From: Takakia lepidozioides
Taxonomy: Eukaryota > Plantae > Bryophyta
Assembly: GCA_030704615.1 (NCBI GenBank)
Contig: CM060731.1
Location: 36,208,001-36,272,000, forward strand
Direction of reading: 5' to 3'
Length of the DNA: 64,000 nt
In this document: one piece after another, positions 26,377-38,276 of the stretch
How the letters are laid out: each line of letters opens with the position of its first letter
Numbering within the stretch: position 1 is the first letter of the stretch
Notes under the pieces: generated by a model
Told to the model about the DNA's origin: nothing
The model's database searches: none
What the model saw: only the letters and a program-made list of their open reading frames with translations
Position numbers and translations under genes: made by a program

Positions 26377-27700
26377 CTATCCAATGCAATGCGGACATAA
26401 CCAATCCCCATCAGGAACCATCTCAAGAGGTGGAGTCAAACATCCCATATGCCAACCTCTAGAGCATCGATCACACACCAGTATGGTGTCTGCCCCTCTA
26501 GCAAACCCACACAACATGCACCTCAAACTTGCAGGTACCACTGCCAGGTTTGGGTCAATCCTGCCATCGACATTTGGAAGGTGACATGACGCACAATTAC
26601 GCAGATGGTCCTTCCAAGTTATGCCATCCCGACCCTCCAAGATCAAGACGCCTGAGGGCAATACCTCTCGAACCCTCAAAATAACACGTCCTGCAGTCAC
26701 ATCCAAGGTCGTAGGAGCAATCTGCTGCAGATAAACATAGTCACCAGGGTTAAATCTCCGGATCCCAGGACGATAGCCCCCACCACGTATGGTAGCATAC
26801 CTCAACGTATCACGATGTTGTGCAATGGTAAGATTCTCGAAAGCCATGGGCATAACTTTCTTGAACAACTCTGCACGCTGATCACATGCACGTGCCCACA
26901 CATCCGAATCATCAAGGTTAAGAACTGTAGCAGCTTCTCTACGAATGGATGTAGGCAAATCCGGCTCTCGGCCAAAGAGAAGAAAGTATGGTGAGAAGGA
27001 GGCAAGTGATGCTTGCTTGCTGAACCTATAGCCCATGGCTAACCAGGGTAACTGAAGGTCCCAATCTCATAGGTGTCCCTTCTGCAAGCCATACTTGCGC
27101 AAACCCCTCTTTATTTTCTGAACAACCCTATCTACCAAGCCATCGGTCTCGGGATGATCCCGAGAAGTGGTGCGGTGGTCTACTAAGGCATTGTCACACA
27201 AAATCTGAAACTCCCCCAAGAACTCTCTCCCTTGGTCCGTGAGTACCTCAGCTGGAGCACCGAATCGACTAAGTACACAATCCAAGAATGCATACGCAGC
27301 TCCCTCACTAGCCTTATCAGGCAATGGAACCAACTCGATCCACTTGGAGAAGTGCTCCACCATCACCAACACTTGTTGTGGTGCATGGTCAGTGGCAATG
27401 GCCATGCGAAGTCAAGACTCCACATGTAGCCCAATCCCATGATCGGAAGAGGGTGCAATTGTGGAGTAGGGGCGTTGAATGAAGCACGCACCCTGTCACA
27501 TACCATATACCTAGCCACAAATTGTTGCACATCTGTGTGCATACCATGCCACCAATACTGCCCCTGCAGTAGACTATGAGTGCGTCGCCCCCCAAAATGC
27601 CCCAACTCCTCATGGGCATGCCGCACTAACCGTGCCCGCTGTGTTGGGTGAGGCACAATCCTCACTCGACCATCCTCCCACACTCGGAGCAGGTGTGTCC
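26377..27700 (-). pseudogene. DDE integrase (H2C2 + catalytic core) with C-terminal PHD finger
   Basis: HEELGH...CDR; WSLDFA; VLTDQGREF; HPETDGLVDR; FSPYFLLFGR; PHD CMLC...LVCDRCSRGWHMGCLTPPLEMVPDGDWLCPHC. Confidence 0.93.
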
Positions 27701-28021
27701 CCTCCCACTTGAACCTCTTGGCTCATTGTAGGATCCGATCCCTCTCTTTGGCAGTCGCAGTGGCTGCCGTGTCTCCGGTGCGGAGGTAGTCCAACACAGC
27801 TGAATCCTCATGTATATCTTTGGCGCCACCTTGCTCATTGCTGGCCTCAGGGTCCTCAGATACTTGATCTACAGTCATCCTTGTTGCAGGTCCAACCTGG
27901 CCTTCCGCTGCCAAGATACACAGAAATGCAGATGAATGTCATCCGGGCACCATCTCCTCGTCCGTCTCACCATGCCACCGAGCTCCAGTATCATCCTGCT
28001 GGCTCGTGCATGGATTGCGAC

Positions 28022-29380
28022 TCAACCCATCTGCATCCTGATTGACCAAACCGGTTGATGCACAACCTGAAAGTCATACTCTTGAAGGATGAGTGCCCAC
28101 CGTGCAAGCTTCCCCGTAAGCTTGTCTGACTCCATCAACCACTGGAGTGGTTGGTGATCCGTGACAAGGGTGAAGAGATTGCCGTATAGATAGCACCTGA
28201 AGTGTGCCATGGCCCACACTACAGCTAAGCATTCTCCCTCATATGAGCTATACTTAGACTCTGCAGCGTTGTTTGAGCGGCTAGCATAAGCCACTACGAA
28301 CTCTTTTCCCTCATCATCCACCTGTGTGAGCACCGCTCCAAGCCCCAGCATGCTCCAATCTGTATGCAGCTGAAAAAGACGCCCCCTGATAGGTCGTCTC
28401 AAGATGGGCGCCGAGGTCAACCTCGCCTTGAGCTCTTGAAAAGCTTGTTCTTGCTCATCTTCCCACTGCCACTCTTGGTCCACCTTGGTTAGTTTGGTTA
28501 GAGCCTTTGCAATGGCACTAAATCCCTTAACAAACCGTTTATAATAGTTTGCTAACCCCATGAAAGCTCGAACTCGGCTCACATCCGTGGGGCATGGAAT
28601 CTGTGCAATGGACTCTACCTTAGTCTGCTGTACCCCCAATCCTCCAGGATATATCATGTGACCCAGATACTCAATTTGGTTTTGGAAAAACTTTCACTTC
28701 CCCGGATGTAACTTCAATCCGTGCGCCCTCAAGCGCTCAAATATCACCTGAAGGTGTCTCTCATGCTCCTCCACCGTAGTACTAAAGATGATGATGTCAT
28801 CTATGTAGCACCGAGCAAACTCCACCCCTGCTAGAATCTTGTCCATGACTCTCTGAAACTCTGCCGGAGCGTTCTTAAGCCCAAATGGTAAAAACCGCCA
28901 CTGGTATAGGCAATCCTTCCTATGCTCATTGATCCCCCAGAATGCCGTCTTCTGCTTATCCGCCTCCTTGATCGGCAACTGGTGATATCCGGATCGTTAA
29001 TCCAAAGTGCTAAAGACCTTGGCATGCCCAATGGCATCAAAGATCTCCTCTGGTGTTGGCGTGGCATACCTATTGGACTTGGTCTGACGATTTACAGGCC
29101 GGTAATCACCGCACATACGTCTCTCCGTCCAATTGCCATAGACATCCTTCTTGGCTGGCATCACTATGGTGAAGCATACTCTCCCCCAGATAGCTCCACC
29201 AAACCAGCCTCCCAAAGGTCCTGAGTTCTCATCTGAATCAAGGACCTCTCCATGTCACTGTATCTATAGGGTCTCCAAAAGATTGGCGTGTCAGTAGCCA
29301 ATTCAATGCGAATCTCTTGACCCTTCAGTGCTCCTAAGTCATTCAAACTGAAGGCAAAGCAGTTCATGTAAGCCCTCAAG
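28022..29380 (-). pseudogene. Gypsy reverse transcriptase and RNase H
   Basis: RMCGDYRPVN, FSTLD, KTAF, LPFGLKNAPAEFQR, YIDDIIIF; RNase H LHTDWS...YASR...EGECLAVVWA...TDHQPL. Confidence 0.95.
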
Positions 29381-29829
29381 AACCGCCGTATACATCGTCT
29401 CTCTCCTCCGGTGACTATGGGTCCAACATCAGGCTCCCAGTTGTCCTCCGTGACTGCAACCTTGAGTCCAGCAGGCTTAGAGGTAGAAGACGCGTCCCGT
29501 GGTTGCTATGCTGCAACCTCTTGAGCAGTGACCACTGCCTGCTCTGTCAGTGACAATGTCTCATCGTGCCCCATCATCCCATCCTTAAGGACCTCCTCAA
29601 CCCGAGAAAAATCCCCAGCCTCATCCATCACAGCCGCCTTGGCTGCCACCTCCTTCTGAACCTTGAGCACCTCCCACGTGTGCCATGGATGCGGCCTGCA
29701 CCTTGTGGTCCTCACCTGTTCGCCCCCACTCGCTGCCTGTACCGTCTCGGTAGGCAAAGAGACTATCAAGGGAAGTGTACTGCATACTCTGCGCTGCTCA
29801 GCCATAGCCAAGCTGATAATCCAGGTCAA

Positions 29830-30770
29830 GCAATTGAGATCCATGGCTTGCCCCAACACCTGACGACATGATGCCTAAGAAAGAGATGGCACCGCCGTGG
29901 TACCAGTGATAAAACCCATTGCCCGCTCGCGCTCGTCAGCATTGAGCTCTAACTACTGCAACTGGCTATCCCACAAGAGGCCAGGTCCACCATCCCGGAA
30001 AGCATGAAATCCTGGAAAGCTGAGCGGTGTAGGCAATGCTGCTCGTGGGTGACCCACCTTATTGACCACTGCCAAAGGTGATCGGTCATCGTGTCTCACA
30101 CGCTGAGACCGCCTCCCTATGTCCAAAATGCTATCCACCGTCAGGTTTGGTGGCCGCTGCACCCCATCAAATGCACGCTTGAGCAATGCAGGTGGCATCA
30201 AGCTGGTCCACCTTAGTCGTGGGCGATGAGCCCGTGACCCCACTGCAGCTGCATCCAGCAACACTGCTGACCCAAGCCAAGACCGCACTTGATGTACACT
30301 GGCCATCACCTTGGCCCGAGAATCATCCATCAATGGCACATTCTCCAAGATATATGCCGGAGAGTCTGTCTGCTGAAGCTGTAAATAGCGCAGGACCCTC
30401 AACATCTCCCAAAACAGACGTGACCTTGAGTCTTGTAACCCATTGCCATACCTAGCTGATGAAAGCCCTTGGCAGGGCCAACCTACCACTACTAAGTGAA
30501 TAGGGCCAACCCGCTCCAAATCATGCGCCCCCAGCAATGAGATGTCTGCTGGCAAGGCTTGTTGGTATCCACGAACTGCAGACACTGGCAACAAATCAGG
30601 GTACTGCTGCACCAACTGAGCAACATGGCGTAGTGAGACGTGTCGTGCAGTCTCATCCCTCTCCACATATAGGTAACGTCAAACTCGTACACCTGCCTGC
30701 AGCACTGCATCCAATCCAGTGCTAATCCCGCCAAACAAGTCCAGAAGGCATATGCCTTCATCCGGGCACT
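29830..30770 (-). pseudogene. DNMT3-like C5 cytosine DNA methyltransferase domain within pol
   Basis: Motif I LLDLFGGI, motif II YVERD, motif IV GWPCQG, motif VI ILENV, motif VIII AHRPRLRW, motif IX/X ERERAMGF...VLGQAMD. A few in-frame stops. Confidence 0.92.
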
Positions 30771-30921
30771 GCCACACAAGAGGTGTGGTGTCCAATGACG
30801 ACAACTGAGGTGGTCTTTGTGCAATCACCGCACTCTCCTCCTCTCCTAACGGTACAAAGGCCTCTACCCAGGCTTGTTGCACCCGTCTATCAGCAGCCTG
30901 CTGCAAATGCTTGCTCGTACC

Positions 30922-33711
30922 CTACAATGGAGTGTGAGCAACCATGGCAGGCAACTCCGCCGTATCATGCATGTCATCCTGCTCTGCTGGAGGTAGCACA
31001 TCCTCTGCATGGGCATTGCCCTCCAGCAACTTTCCAGGCCAACTAACTGCAGCTGTAAAGGCTGTTAGTGTTGGCATCTTGCCCCGTTGGGCAGCAGCAA
31101 CACCCCCAATGAACGTCACAGGGAGCTGTACACGACGACCATCCCCTGACTGCCATCCAGGCCTATAGGATGCTGACTCATCCCAAAAATCCAGGGTGAA
31201 GCCCATGGGATACAACACTGCCCCACCAATGAGGACATCGTAAGAGACCGCGTCTGTCACAATGGCCTTGGCTCGCATCACTGAGCCATCTATAGGATGA
31301 TCCGGCTGTAGTCTAATGGCCAACTCACGCCGTATCATGCCCCGAGCCTGCTCTGATCCTCCCAGAGATGTCTGTATCTGGAAGGGACAAGGCTCCATAT
31401 CCGCCTCCATGAGGCCCAAACCTGCAATAGCGGCTTTACCCAACATCAGTGGCTGAGCTCCCGAGTCCAACAAGACCCGCAGTGGCCGGTACCTCTTGCC
31501 TACCGGTCCACTCAAAGAGAAAATGTCATCCTGGTTGTCTAACAAGACAACTCCAGGTGTCACCATGGCGCGCTCAAAGGCTGGCCTAGCTGGCAGCTCT
31601 GTCAACCTAGCAGCTGTAGCTTGCCATGGCGCAGCCGTGGCAGTCTTGACCCTCAAATCCAAGGATCCCTCTGCCACTATACCTTCCACTAACTCCGTAG
31701 AAGATGAAGTGACCTCCCCACTCTCGCAGAGTGTTGCTGCTAGTCTGAATACTGCAGCTGGTCTTACCCCCGGCGTCGCAATCATGGTTGTCGAGAACAG
31801 TGGGGCCTGACACATAGAGGTGGCCGCCCCCAACAACACACTGGCTGCACTAGCCTTAGCAGCAGGTGTCAGTGCTACACATGTAGCTCTTCCCAATGGC
31901 ACAATAACCTCCGCCTCAGTATCCATGGGGCGAGAATTAGGTGCCATGGATGTCGTCAACACTATCTCCGCCAAGACGAATGATTGAGGCAATCTAGCCT
32001 GACGGCTTGCCTCCCCACGTTGTGAATCCAACTCCAACTCCAACTCTGCACCTCGTGGCTCAGGAACTCGTGCTGCTCCTCGAGTGACGGCTGCAGCAGA
32101 CTCCACTTGCACTAGTGGTAGTGCTGCCCCACACATAAATCCCATGCCTCCCATGTCTCCTCCGTCAGGATGACGCTGCTGAGGAGGAACAGGAGGTGGA
32201 CCCTCAGGTCTTGGAGCTGGTACCACCTGAGCTGTGGCCATGGCAACAAGCCTTTGCTCTAGCTGCTGAAGCCGGTTGGCCATACCTTGGTCAACACCCT
32301 GACCTCCACATCCTTGGCCATACAGTGCTTGCCCTCGTCCTGCACCTCGTGCCTGAGCACCTCGTCCTCTCTGAGGTGCTCCACCTCGCCCTCGGCCACC
32401 ATTGTTCCCTTGGAACTGGCCTTGCCGCAACTCAGGGTGCAAGTCATAACACTGGGCATCTCCATGCCCATACTTGCCACAATGCCCACACTGCAACTGT
32501 GCAGGCTGTGTTTGTGCCGGCCTTTTGCCACTCTCTGGGCAATCTTTCTTGACATGGGGTCCTCCACATGTCCAACATATCACCCCAGGTTGTTGTTGGC
32601 CTGCAAAAGAAGCTACTGGCCTCTGCACCTGAGGTCCCCTGTAAGCTCCATGGAATTTGGGTTGGGCAACCTTGCCCCCCTGACCACGCTGTTGGGCAGT
32701 CCCTTGTACCTGTTGGCTGGCAGCTGGACCTCGTGCAGATATGTCCTTGCCAAATCCAATGGTAACAACTCGCTCCTCCACCATGTTAAGCTCAATCTGC
32801 TCAGCCTGCAGAAACACATCTGCTAATGTGGGTTGGGCTGTTTGTAACAGGGTTGCATCCCGCACCCGTCTCCTGAGCTCCTTGTCCAAAATTCCATACC
32901 AGAACTGGATTGCCTGAGCTTCAGTAACCCCTTAGGTCACACTTATCAAGCGCCTCATACGAGTGTAGGCCTCTCGCAGGCTCTCACTGGATTTGCGCTG
33001 GAAGTCTTGCAAACTTCGCAGCTTCTCTGTCCGTACACCTTGGTAGTTCCTCCGCAACTCCTGGAAGAACTCTACCACCGGGCTGAATCTAGGCACATGT
33101 GTTGTAGTCGTGGCAGGAGGAGTAGTAGCACCTTTTGAACTGGTACCACTTGCACTACTTGTTCCACTACTAGTGCTGGCAGTAGGAGATATTGGTACTG
33201 ATGCAGCTACTGGTTGCGTCGTGCCTCGAGTAATGGAGACGTAGTCAGGTGACCAATACATCCTCCACTCCTCAATCTCTGCTTCATGTCCTTGCCTGAA
33301 CTTGTGGTAATTGTCCATAGGCGGGCCTTCCAAATGCTGGAACAATCCCTTCCACGCCATGAATGGGGTGAACAACTGTGGAGTGCGCATCTGCTGCAAA
33401 TCACACCAGCTGTCGAACTCCTGGATAAAGTCATCCAGCTCGATTGTGCCTACAGCTCCAAAGTACCTACGAGGCCCCTTAGTAGCTCCATACATCTCCT
33501 CCATGTCGTCCCACAATAATGGCGAAGAAAACTGCACACCTGTTGATGAAGCCTCCGGGTCTATGTCAGACTCTACAGTAGTTGAGGGTGGAGGTGAAGG
33601 TGGTCTGAACCGAATACCTCGTCTTGTGAACCCACTCTCACTGCTAGTGCCTGTAGCCGTACTCCCCTCAAAACCCTTGGGTAACTCCGTGATGACACTC
33701 ACAACGTGCAC
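30922..33711 (-). pseudogene. Gypsy gag (two CCHC knuckles) and aspartic protease
   Basis: Gag-like LQDFQRKSSESLREAYTRM; CWTCGGPHVKKDC; CGHCGKYGHGDAQC; protease RVLLDSGAQ...YDVLIG. Confidence 0.9.
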
Positions 33712-34160
33712 CTCCCCTACGTGACACTATAAGGCTCTAGTACTAATTCTAATAGTGACACGGGTGGGCACCTGTTGCAATTTAAGGGTCATATCCCAGT
33801 GGCTCAGGGCACCTGCACCTGCATCCACCACAAGAACTCCTATGGTTGGCTGGTCATCAACCCAGTCTCACCATAAAAGAAACATTGGTGGTCTTGCTGG
33901 TCATCACTCCAGCCTCACCAAAAACAGCATACTCTAGGATTGACCGGTGATCAAATCCGGCCTAATCCCTATGAAAGCAAGCGCCCACACAAAACCAGCA
34001 TGGCTCACAGTCAAGCATGCAGGCGTTGGGGGGGATCCAAACACAAGAAATCAAAACATCAACACCCCCACACCAAAATCCATCTGCAATGCTGATCCTG
34101 CAGAACATCCCAGCCCAAAACCCCGGACTGACTGGCCTCCACCAAGAGAGGCTTTGGCAA

Positions 34161-35048
34161 CTACAAATACAAAGTAATGAAAATAGTAAAAAGATGGAGG
34201 GGAAGAATAGAGGCCCAACCAAACAAGCTCAAAGTGCCTCGCTCTGCATGATGGTAAGGTGTAGGAGGTATATCTATGTCCAGAAACCTATTACTAACCT
34301 CATCCCAAGCTACAGTAGCTCGCTCTAACCAACCCTCCTCCTCTCTCTGCCAGGTAGAGACAAAGCAATACTCCCATATCTCCCGCTCACTGAACACTAA
34401 AGAAAATAAAGGTAGGGTCTGACAGTCTCTCAACTCGAAAGCTTTGAGACGGTTGTGAGTATCCTCATTGCGAATGATTGCATCTCCTTCAAGAAGAACA
34501 AACTTTTCATTGCTAATGAACCCCCGCTCGTGGTTGCCTCGTGTAGAGCGTGTCAGGCTGCAACCATGTCTGATTGCAAAAACTTGTGTAGCTCCTGCTC
34601 CTCTGCTCCAGTACACCACGGCCTTGTTGCTGAACACCTTGGTCCCCGGGGCTGTCTTTGGCTGTGTTCCAAGCCTAGCTTCCACCCACTTTGGTATTTC
34701 ACCTACAGCTGCAGAACTGTTTGCTCCAACAAAGTTCTTACTGTCCAAAGCAATATTGAGGCCCTCAACGCCAACTACAGCAGTTTGTTGTCTATTGCTA
34801 ATGCCTGACTCCCAATATGCAATCAACTCGTCCAACTGCTCTCCACTCAAATCAGTCTGAGTTCCTTGAGAAACATAAATCTTGTCCCCTTGTGTACACA
34901 GGCTAAGAGAAGAGACCTGCGTTTCAATTACGTCATCATTTCCCCCAGCCATACAAGGGGGACATCCCCAGATTTGTCTCTCATGTAGACCACAACAAAA
35001 TTGTGGATCTTTCATAGCACACTCACACTCACACTCAAAAAATTCCAT
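34161..35048 (-). CDS. Uninterrupted 295-aa accessory ORF of unknown function upstream of gag
   Basis: ATG-started open frame inside the element leader, in sense orientation. No recognisable motif. Confidence 0.35.
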   Translation of the reverse strand: MEFFECECECAMKDPQFCCGLHERQIWGCPPCMAGGNDDVIETQVSSLSLCTQGDKIYVSQGTQTDLSGEQLDELIAYWESGISNRQQTAVVGVEGLNIALDSKNFVGANSSAAVGEIPKWVEARLGTQPKTAPGTKVFSNKAVVYWSRGAGATQVFAIRHGCSLTRSTRGNHERGFISNEKFVLLEGDAIIRNEDTHNRLKAFELRDCQTLPLFSLVFSEREIWEYCFVSTWQREEEGWLERATVAWDEVSNRFLDIDIPPTPYHHAERGTLSLFGWASILPLHLFTIFITLYL

Positions 35049-35289
35049 AGATTTTTAGCAGAGTCCAAAAAACTAAAATCAGGTCTCGATAGATTTCCTC
35101 TTTCTACAGCTATCCCCTCAAAAACTGTGTCAAACGGAGCTCATATGATAAAGATATGGTCAAAGAGGCTCTGTAAATATAATATATGACCTTAAATAGA
35201 AACAAATACAAGGAAAAACTATTTTCAATTGATTTCCTTTGGTTCCCTGTTCCCACGTTTTTTTTTTTTTTTTTTTTTTTTTTCAAACA

Positions 35290-36872
35290 GGGAGCAGACC
35301 AGGCCTATGAGCTTGCTACGATCCAGCCCGCTTCTTACTCCAGTTCTTTGGATGGCTTATGGACAGGCGGCCTGCAATTGAAAGCTTCGTGGATAGTTGC
35401 TGGACTTGCACAACACATCTACCATATCGGAACCACAGCTTCACTTCACCACATTCAGCACAAACAGGAGCAGAGCAGGGCATACAAGAGCTTGGCCGTT
35501 GATTGCGACACCTTGGAGTATGTTGGTCAGACAGCACGTCATGTCGTCGTCTCCTGTTGCAGGGTAGTGGCCTTCTTCTCTCAGATGGCTGATTCAATGT
35601 ACGCCCGACTCTAAAGGTATATGGCACGGATCTCAGGCCTGGCGCTCCAAAGGGAGTGCATCTCTTGATTAAGAACTCCAAGACATGGGCAGCCTGGGAT
35701 TCCGCGGGCCTCTCCCATTTCTCTCACTTTTGGGAAATGGCTTCTGCTCTCCTGAATTCATGCCAGCCCTTTCAAGTAGAAGAGTGGCTGCTCTGAGCAC
35801 TATCTCTGGTAGCATACCCGATTCATGGGTTTCTCTTTGCTCTCATCCAGTCAATAGGTTATCGCTCCCAGTTTGGCATGGAGGTTCGTTGGGGCAATCA
35901 CCTTTCGCTTTTTATGCCGGATGATGTTTGAGGCTCATGTGAGGCACCACAACAGGTAGCAGTGCTGGACCTTGCCTTGATGTGTTTGACCCTCTTGCGC
36001 AAACCTCGGTACTCAACAACAGAATTACAACAAGCTGAAGCCCTCCGTATTGGCCAGGACATACACTCCCCAATTGAGGAGGTCTGAGTTGTACTTGCCA
36101 GAGATCCACTTAAGACCCGAGGGGATTTCCAAGCACACGAAGTAAAAGTGCACTCCCTCTTCACTATGAGTGGCTGTATAAACTTCCGAATACCAATACC
36201 CATTGTTTGATGTTTCATCTTCCTACTCTCATACAGATTATTAAACCATCCAGGTGCACTATTTTTGTGGAAATGGCACGTCTAACAGACCATGTTCTTC
36301 CACGCCCATGTCCTCACCAAGCAAGGAGGACTATTCAAACTGCGTGAGTCTGGCAAAGTTGTGGACCCCCTTGCAGACCCTGTTGAGTTGGATGCCATCT
36401 ACAACCACATTCCAGATGTCGCACTACCCATGCAAACTCCTCAACAAGCCTGGAGGGGTGCGCGAGACCGTAGTCCCGCCTTCATGCAAGTGTTGTTGGA
36501 GACATGCTCACCTCCTGGCTCCCGCATTTTGGATCACAGCTGGCACAGGTTTGCATTGGACTCCATTTTGTAATTAAAATCTTCTGAGCTGATTCATGAT
36601 CATTAACTGTTATCCGATATAATATCATCATTGCATGTTTTTTTCCTGCAGGTTCTACATTTATTGCTGCTCGCGAGTCTGGACGTCACGTATTTGGTCT
36701 TGAGGGGGACCAGACATTGTATGCAGCACGTCTCTCTGCACTTCAAAATACTCAACTTGTTTTGGTTTCATCTGTGGTAACTCCAACCATTCAACGTCCT
36801 GTGAGTTTGTTGGAACCCCCCGCTCCTAAGGTGGCGCGCAAGCTTGGTCTTCATCTCGGCAGTACTTCCTAG
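35290..36872 (+). pseudogene. Antisense, intron-containing gene ending in an N4-cytosine/N6-adenine (amino) methyltransferase-like SAM-binding region
   Basis: WRGARDRSPAFMQVLLETCSPPGSRILD-(frameshift)-AGTG|STFIAARESGRHVFGLEGD after splicing a GT-AG intron at 36549-36651. The upstream frame is long but broken by TGA stops. Confidence 0.6.
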
Positions 36873-38259
36873 TGAGTATGTCTCGCCTCCATTCCCTTTG
36901 TTGCAATCTCTATATTATTTGCAAAGCAAACCATTCCCATTTGATTTGTTAACATAAGTATACATGTATGTGTGATGCAGTGATGGGATTGTGCGGACCA
37001 TCTACGATAGTCTACCCCAAAGTCCTCTTTCATCGTTTTATCTACCTTCGTATGCCGAGTCCCAAGCTTTGCATTCAATACATCAACAACGTGATGTAGG
37101 TCTTTCCAATGATATGTTGTTTGACCGAAGAGCAGCTATTGTTGGACAATCCGTGGATAGGTTGCGTAGAGTTGAGGCTTTCATGGATGTGTATGCCTCT
37201 GAATCACAGGCTTATGACACGGATGATGAAGTATCAGCTGATGATGTTATGTAGGTAATTAGAAATTACATATACAATACATTGTCCTCATTGTCAGTCC
37301 GAATTTTCTGATACATGTATTTCTCTCTAGTGTAAGGTAAAACAAATGGGGCAAATGACATGGTGTTGAAATCAGATTTCATGTTATCTTCCTGTCATTT
37401 GATTTATCTATGTAATAATTTGTACATAGATCTCTACTGCATTTCATAGATCCCTTTACCTTAATGCAAGTTCGACATGCACTTCAGCACTATCAAATTT
37501 CATCATTAGTAAGATCAACCCTTATATTGAAGAGGGATGATTTTTACCTTTCCTGTCTGAGTGTGTAGAGGGGTGGTATTGATGCAAGTATATTTCCAAG
37601 TGCCCGGGAAGAGAGAGGGGCAGGTCATGGTCTAGGCTGAGGGTCGACGGACACAAAGTCATACACTTGACGCACACACTTAACCATCCCACACTACGAT
37701 TGCACCGCCCCACCTGCTGCCACGCTACACCTGTTCAAGGCCCATGCTTCCCAATTCTGCTTTACGTGGGTACCCAATCCGGAGCTTGCTGCAGCCTGCA
37801 ACCTGCTCCTTTCGTGACACCTATCTGCAATTGATGACTGCTACTGGGTAAGTTTCAACTCATCAAATACAACAGGGCTCGTACATTCTAGACATTCGAA
37901 GGAGCTGCTACGTTCCCATTGAGTGCCTGGTATAAAGGCAAGGTAGGCTGAACCAACATAGAAAGCATGTCTGCTCCGAATCCCTCCATGTCCTCAAAGT
38001 TATGCTAAAACCATTCCAGCTCCAGTGTAACCTGCACAACGCCCCGACTTCGTGTTCCTATGCGTTGCTGCTGTGGCTGACGAGTTGGCAGATCACATGA
38101 ACAAAAATGCCAAAGCCTGAACACAGATAATCACTTCTATGTCTCCAACCAGCTTATCACAAACATAATCTACAAACCACTATAATTTTCTTCTCTCACT
38201 TTCAAAACAAAAACAACAAGTGCTAAAACTAAACTCACCTCTGGCACTCACAGATGCAA

Positions 38260-38276
38260 GCTGATCTCTCTCGAGT
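38260..38276 (-). other. Fold-back (self-priming) primer-binding site of the DNMT-Gypsy element
   Basis: ACTCGAGAGAGATCAGC directly 3' of X is an inverted repeat (16/17) of 38464-38480 inside X. No TGG-type tRNA PBS is present. Confidence 0.7.
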
